From: Promethearchaeota archaeon
Lineage (GTDB): Archaea > Asgardarchaeota > Lokiarchaeia > Sigyniarchaeales > SOKP01
Direction: 5' to 3'
Length of the DNA: 12,040 nucleotides
Assembly: GCA_048940925.1 (NCBI GenBank)
Contig: JBHLOC010000061.1
Location: forward strand, 10,778 to 22,817
The notes below the pieces were generated by a model that searched no databases, had not been told where the DNA came from, and saw only the letters and a list, made by a program, of their open reading frames with translations. The number at the start of each line of letters is the position of its first letter. The first letter of the stretch is position 1. The position numbers and the translations under genes were made by a program. Shown piece by piece: positions 7,502 to 12,040 of this stretch.

Positions 7502-8059
7502 ATGAAAGGGGATTATAAATTAAGATCTGCTCAGGAGGTTGCCGAAAGAACTATTGCTCTGATAGGTGTATTTCAAGCGGCTACAGGGCGAGATAAGGAA
7601 AAAATAGGAAAAATTTTTAAAGAAAATAGCATGTGGTCATTTTTAACACCGGTAGAGCAAGAATTTATATTAATGACAGAGGAAAATGCTCAGTTTCTTT
7701 CAATGCAGTTTAGTTGGCGAGCAGAAGCTGTTTATATTCTACTTTGGGTCTTAAATGTGTTAGATTTCAATCAGATCCCATCGGATGAACGTAATCTAGA
7801 GCAAATAAGTAGTTTTTTAAGGAATGATAACTTTTTTACAAAAATCTCCCCTAAGGATGCTCAGCTTAGGGATTCTGAAGAAATATTTAACATGTTAGAA
7901 AAAGTATATCGTATTCATGGGGAGATTAGGGATGCTCATATAAACGAAGAGCATGTAAACCCAAATCATAATATTTCAATTATATATGAATGGCATTATT
8001 CACTTAATTGGGTAACAAATGTAAACGTGGAATGGGATGATATTACAACAGATACTTAA
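7502..8059 (+). CDS. DUF4272 family protein
   Basis: LR...EVA.R, LTP.E..F, SWRAEA..ILLWVL, LR..EEI and terminal EWHYSLNWV....WDDITTDT match the DUF4272 pattern (ERH.ALNWL..WDD..TDT). Confidence 0.8.
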   Translation: MKGDYKLRSAQEVAERTIALIGVFQAATGRDKEKIGKIFKENSMWSFLTPVEQEFILMTEENAQFLSMQFSWRAEAVYILLWVLNVLDFNQIPSDERNLEQISSFLRNDNFFTKISPKDAQLRDSEEIFNMLEKVYRIHGEIRDAHINEEHVNPNHNISIIYEWHYSLNWVTNVNVEWDDITTDT

Positions 8060-8194
8060 TAAATCTCTTTAAAATTTGTTGATGTAATTATCATATTTAT
8101 CTTTAAAGGATTTAACTAATTATAATTCTTAATAATCCTAAAATTAAAAACTGATTATGAGTTTTAAATTTAAAAATAACATCAAGAAAGAATC

Positions 8195-9043
8195 ATGAAA
8201 TTATTATATGTAACTGATATACATGGGGTTGAATGGAAATACGAGGAGATTTTTCAGATAGCTACTTCATTAAAACCTGATATAGTGATAAATGGAGGAG
8301 ATATGCTCATTTTTAAAGGCAATTTACTACATCAAGATAAGTTTATTACTGGTTTTCTTGATGATTATTTTTCGAGACTTGAATCAGAGGAGATACTTTA
8401 TTTAGGGCTTTTAGGAAATGATGATTTGAGTATATTTGATGATTTATTTCAAAAAACATGTGATAAGTATTCTTATGTGGTTAATATCGCACAAACGAGA
8501 TTTCAGATTGAAGGTAGTAAATACGAGTTTATAGGGATGAATTGGGTCTCAGATTTGCCTTTTGGGTTAAAAGACAGAGCACGTAAAGATACTGAAGATT
8601 TTGTGCTTCCTAAACAGATTGGAAAACAATATCTATCGACACCAAATGGATTCAAAAAAGTTGAAGATTGGTTTTCATATATCGAGGATCTCCCTACAAT
8701 TGAAGATGAGCTCAAAAATTTAGTAAAACCCTCCGATATGAGTAATACCATCTATATTTTTCATAACCCTCCTGCAAATGTGGATCTTGATGTAACCTAT
8801 GCCGGTCAGAAAGTAGGATCAAAAGCGGAGTGTACATTTCTTAAAGAAAATCAACCAAAACTCTCGCTTCATGGGCATATTCATGAATCTCCTGGTGTTT
8901 CAGGTAAATGGTATTCTCAAATAGGTAATACAATATGCATTCAACCAGGGCAATCTCGTCAAGATGAAGAGTATTTATATTACGTTTTGATTGACTTAGA
9001 AACTATGAATATTGAACGAAAAATGAGTAAAAGAGAACAATAA
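8195..9043 (+). CDS. Calcineurin-like metallophosphoesterase (Icc-related)
   Basis: Five motifs in order: TDIHG, GGD, GNDD, HNPP, HGHIHE, followed by QPGQ. Confidence 0.92.
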   Translation: MKLLYVTDIHGVEWKYEEIFQIATSLKPDIVINGGDMLIFKGNLLHQDKFITGFLDDYFSRLESEEILYLGLLGNDDLSIFDDLFQKTCDKYSYVVNIAQTRFQIEGSKYEFIGMNWVSDLPFGLKDRARKDTEDFVLPKQIGKQYLSTPNGFKKVEDWFSYIEDLPTIEDELKNLVKPSDMSNTIYIFHNPPANVDLDVTYAGQKVGSKAECTFLKENQPKLSLHGHIHESPGVSGKWYSQIGNTICIQPGQSRQDEEYLYYVLIDLETMNIERKMSKREQ

Positions 9044-9070
9044 TTAAAAAATGTGTAAAAGATCTTTAAA

Positions 9071-9577
9071 ATGGAACGAATTACAATCTTTATTGATAAT
9101 AGCAATATTTTCAAGGGTTTTCAAAAGTATAGTATTAAAGCGGACTATGAAAAATTAAAAAACCTCATAACTCAAAACAGAAAGTTGCAGAATATTTTCT
9201 TATATGAGGGTGCTGTGTACCCTATGAGCCAAGAGAAGAAGAGTTGGTATAAAGAGTTAACCACTCGAAGTGGTTATATAATAAAAGCAAGTTTTGATAA
9301 GATCGCGATAGGAGAAGTTATTGAAAAGAAAGTTGATATCAAAATTGCGATTGATATTGTCTCGTTAGCGTATGAAAATGTTTATGACAGAGCCGTACTA
9401 GTGTCGGGAGATGGTGATTTTGTACCCGTTGTAAAGAAGGTAAAAAAGTTGGGTAAAATTGTCGAATTATGGGCATTTAGATATTCAATAGCAAATTCTT
9501 TAAAAAGGGAACTCGAAAAGGAATATGTCCACTATCTTGATGATATATTAAGCGAAATTAAAATTGATATGCTATAA
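9071..9577 (+). CDS. NYN-domain (LabA/DUF88, PIN-like) predicted ribonuclease
   Basis: IFIDNSN, EKKVDIKIAID, LVSGDGDFVP and G..VE motifs, with the acidic catalytic residues intact. Confidence 0.92.
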   Translation: MERITIFIDNSNIFKGFQKYSIKADYEKLKNLITQNRKLQNIFLYEGAVYPMSQEKKSWYKELTTRSGYIIKASFDKIAIGEVIEKKVDIKIAIDIVSLAYENVYDRAVLVSGDGDFVPVVKKVKKLGKIVELWAFRYSIANSLKRELEKEYVHYLDDILSEIKIDML

Positions 9578-9648
9578 GTTTAATCTAAAGAATCATAGAA
9601 CTTTTTAATGACTTTTTCATAGAAAAGAAAAAAATAGATATTTAATAT

Positions 9649-10281
9649 TTAAATAATTTCTAGAAAGCTGAGAAGATTAAAAATCCCTAAAGCAAGAGTG
9701 ATTAATCCATATATAAGAAGATATGTCGATTTTAGTTTAGCACAATAGATTATTATTAATATTGCTGCAATTATATAAGAGACATACTCTATCCATTCTA
9801 TTATCTCTATAATATTTTGTAAAGATACTAAAAATTCCGGATCGTACCATCCTGAATATGTACTAATAATTCCAATAAACAGACTCTCAAACATTGCTAT
9901 AAAATAAAAAAATCCTGCTAATGAGATAATAGAACCAGAAGGGTCAATATTTTTAAGTCCAAATAGAATGAAAACGATTCCAAGTATTAGCTGAAGTAGA
10001 TTTGGAATTAGAATAATGAGAATAAGTTCATATAGAAATCCTCTTGTTGTTTCTGATGTTGTTGGCGACTCGCTAGTAACAACTGGGATGAAAAGACTAA
10101 CAATTCCCCAAACCAATAAAATTATTGCTATAATAACTAACAATTTTGCTAATTCTTTAAGATCTTTTTTTTGCTTAAAACTTCCAAGTACAAGAAAAAC
10201 AAAAGATGAAACTAATAAGATAAAAGCAATCCAATTCATTATTCCATAAGTTAAAAATTGAAATTCAAAGTCTAACGTCAT
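9649..10281 (-). CDS. Hypothetical integral membrane protein, about 6 TM helices
   Basis: 210-aa ORF with six hydrophobic segments. ATG is preceded by purine-rich aagggaga. Confidence 0.8.
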   Translation of the reverse strand: MTLDFEFQFLTYGIMNWIAFILLVSSFVFLVLGSFKQKKDLKELAKLLVIIAIILLVWGIVSLFIPVVTSESPTTSETTRGFLYELILIILIPNLLQLILGIVFILFGLKNIDPSGSIISLAGFFYFIAMFESLFIGIISTYSGWYDPEFLVSLQNIIEIIEWIEYVSYIIAAILIIIYCAKLKSTYLLIYGLITLALGIFNLLSFLEII

Positions 10282-10403
10282 TTTATTTTCTCCCTTATTA
10301 GTTTTTATATAAATTTATTGTGAGAGTAAATAGGGATCAATAAATAAAAGTATTTACATTTTTATCAATGTGGTTTTTAGGTTAAGAATTAATATTAGGT
10401 GGT

Positions 10404-10565
10404 TTAAAAGCTCTTTGATTTCTTTTTAAATTCTCGTAGATTATCTGGGGGCCAAGCTCGTGGAGTCAAACCGTTTTTATCATATCGAAAATCACATAGT
10501 TGAGTGCCATTTCCTATTGTTTTTCCCCTCTTTTCTATTGAACTTTTATATGCATTAAAATTAAG
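10404..10565 (-). pseudogene. 3' remnant of an L-2-amino-thiazoline-4-carboxylic acid (ATC) hydrolase-like family gene
   Basis: 53-codon stop-to-stop frame with no N-terminal start codon: LNFNAYKSSIEKRGKTIGNGTQLCDFRYDKNGLTPRAWPPDNLREFKKKSKSF*. R.KTI..G...CDFR..(G/A)WPP is the typical C-terminus of that family. The stretch is visibly more GC-rich than its flanks. Confidence 0.65.
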
Positions 10566-10670
10566 TCATAATAAGAATCTATGCATTTTCAAAAATTATT
10601 TAATTACTTTATATGAGATAATTTCTTACTAGGTAACTATTCAAATTTCATTTAAATAAAGTGAATTTAG

Positions 10671-12040
10671 ATGATAACAAAAATTTTAGAGAAAAATGCA
10701 AAAAATAGGGCTAATTTAAGATCAAAATTAATAAATTCAAATGAAGTAAAAAAGAAATTTTCAACTAAGCATTTTAAGGGAAAAGCACATATTATTTTAG
10801 CCGTATTTATTTTTCCTATCGTATTAATGTTTTTAACAATACAACCTGTAAATGCTGCTTATAATAGTTTTTCAGAGGATTTCACTACTACAACTTACAT
10901 GGATTCTGGTGCTACAAATGTTACAGGATGGGGATCTGAAAGCATTAGCCTTCCCAGAAAAGAACCAAGTTTTGTGGGGGCATATGGCACTTCAAATGAA
11001 TCTATGGATGTCTTTATTTCAGGAGATACTGCATTTGTAGCTGATAATTACGACGGATTACTAATATTGGATATTAGTGACCCCTCGACACCTGTATATA
11101 TTAGTTCATATGATACTCCAGATAGAGCTGTTGGAGTCTATGTTGATGGTGATTATGCTTTCATAACTGATTCTAATAGCGGATTGCTTATTTTTAATGT
11201 GACTGATCTCCACAATCCTCAATTAATCGGAACGTGTGGTGGATTTTATCCATCACCAGATCCTTCACTCTCAGAAGATGTAGTTATCTCCGGAGATTAT
11301 GCTTTTATAGCTGATCGACAGTTTTACAATGGAGCTACGTGGGTTCCTGCTTTGTGGGTGGCAGATATAAGTGATCCTACAAATCCTAGCATTGTTTCTT
11401 ACCACGAAACTGCTGGTGAATCCGATGGTGTGTACGTCTTTGGTGATTATGCATATGTTACTGTTAGATCAGTGGGAATCGAAGTTTATAATATTAGTAA
11501 TCCTCGGAATCTTATTTATGTTGCTTCTTGTAGCTTTCCAGGTCAGGCTATGGAAATTGATATTTCGGGAGATTATGCATTTGTCGCAGCTGCTTCTGCT
11601 GGATTACAAATTATTAACATTAGTAATCCTAAATCTCCGAAAAATATTAGTTCTTATGATACTCCTGATAGTGCTTTAAGCGTCTCTATTTCTGGAGACT
11701 TTGCTTTCCTTGCTGATAGTAGTTCTGGTATGCAAATAGTTAACATTAGTGATATCATGAATCCGTCTTATGCTGGCTATTATGACACTCCTGGTAATGC
11801 TACTAGTGTTTTCCTTTCTGGTAGAAATGCCTATGTTGCCGATGGGAATGCTGGTTTACAAATTATTCGGGTCAGGGATCGTGTTGGTCCTATATTTGCA
11901 GGATCATATGATACTCCCGGTGAAGCCTATGGTATTTATGTTTCCGGAGATTATGCTTATATAGCAGATATCGATTCTGGTTTACAAATTATTGATATTA
12001 GCGATCCTACAAATCCTACCTTTGCTGGTTCTAATGATAC
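10671..12040 (+). CDS. Secreted/surface LVIVD-repeat beta-propeller protein, 3'-incomplete (at least 456 aa)
   Basis: Open frame from ATG 10671 to the window end by manual translation. Basic N-region, hydrophobic IILAVFIFPIVLMFLTIQP and VNA-A cleavage-like site, then 8 repeats of about 42 aa, e.g. YDTPGEAYGIYVSGDYAYIADIDSGLQIIDISDPTNP. Confidence 0.93.
   Translation, partial: MITKILEKNAKNRANLRSKLINSNEVKKKFSTKHFKGKAHIILAVFIFPIVLMFLTIQPVNAAYNSFSEDFTTTTYMDSGATNVTGWGSESISLPRKEPSFVGAYGTSNESMDVFISGDTAFVADNYDGLLILDISDPSTPVYISSYDTPDRAVGVYVDGDYAFITDSNSGLLIFNVTDLHNPQLIGTCGGFYPSPDPSLSEDVVISGDYAFIADRQFYNGATWVPALWVADISDPTNPSIVSYHETAGESDGVYVFGDYAYVTVRSVGIEVYNISNPRNLIYVASCSFPGQAMEIDISGDYAFVAAASAGLQIINISNPKSPKNISSYDTPDSALSVSISGDFAFLADSSSGMQIVNISDIMNPSYAGYYDTPGNATSVFLSGRNAYVADGNAGLQIIRVRDRVGPIFAGSYDTPGEAYGIYVSGDYAYIADIDSGLQIIDISDPTNPTFAGSND

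Noticed and set aside
8503-10249. ORFs 8503..8751 (-) and 10016..10249 (+)
   Set aside because: Antisense shadows of the phosphoesterase and membrane-protein genes.
10852-11964. Three short plus ORFs (10852..11040, 11371..11679, 11770..11964)
   Set aside because: Out-of-frame shadows inside the continuous LVIVD-repeat frame that starts at 10671.
11060-12040. Recurring DNA motifs (ggagattatgc, tatgatactcc, ttacaaattatt) as a CRISPR array or DGR template/variable repeats
   Set aside because: They recur in frame at the protein-repeat period and vary at synonymous sites. There is no constant repeat-spacer structure and no cas or reverse transcriptase gene.
1-12040. Genome-wide TGA reassignment (alternative genetic code)
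   Set aside because: The Trp codons I read are TGG and the long genes are uninterrupted under the standard code. The lack of TGA stops is compatible with AT bias in a small sample.

Overview
AT-rich prokaryotic window of small, mostly unlinked accessory genes. The gene content, GGTGA/GGAGG Shine-Dalgarno-like sites, BRE/TATA-like upstream tracts and an N-x-S/T-rich surface protein suggest an archaeon, possibly Asgard/Lokiarchaeia (inference only). In order: DUF169 protein; DUF1761 membrane protein whose natural ATG is followed by an in-frame TGA; 5'-truncated second DUF169 copy; 8-repeat TPR protein; divergent RNase HII-like protein; LCM/TcmP-like methyltransferase; a minus-strand run of SAM methyltransferase, aldo/keto reductase and SDR; DUF4272; calcineurin-like metallophosphoesterase; NYN (LabA/DUF88) nuclease; 6-TM membrane protein; an unannotated ATC-hydrolase-like gene remnant; and a large secreted LVIVD-repeat beta-propeller gene that is missing from the ORF track because it runs off the window. 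I found no rRNA, tRNA, CRISPR array, transposase or integrase. No complete novel system is demonstrable from the sequence. The best leads are the RNase HII-like protein with an altered catalytic tetrad, the phosphoesterase-NYN pair, and the rearranged DUF169 locus bracketed by a 36-bp direct repeat. All family calls come from motif recognition, not database searches.
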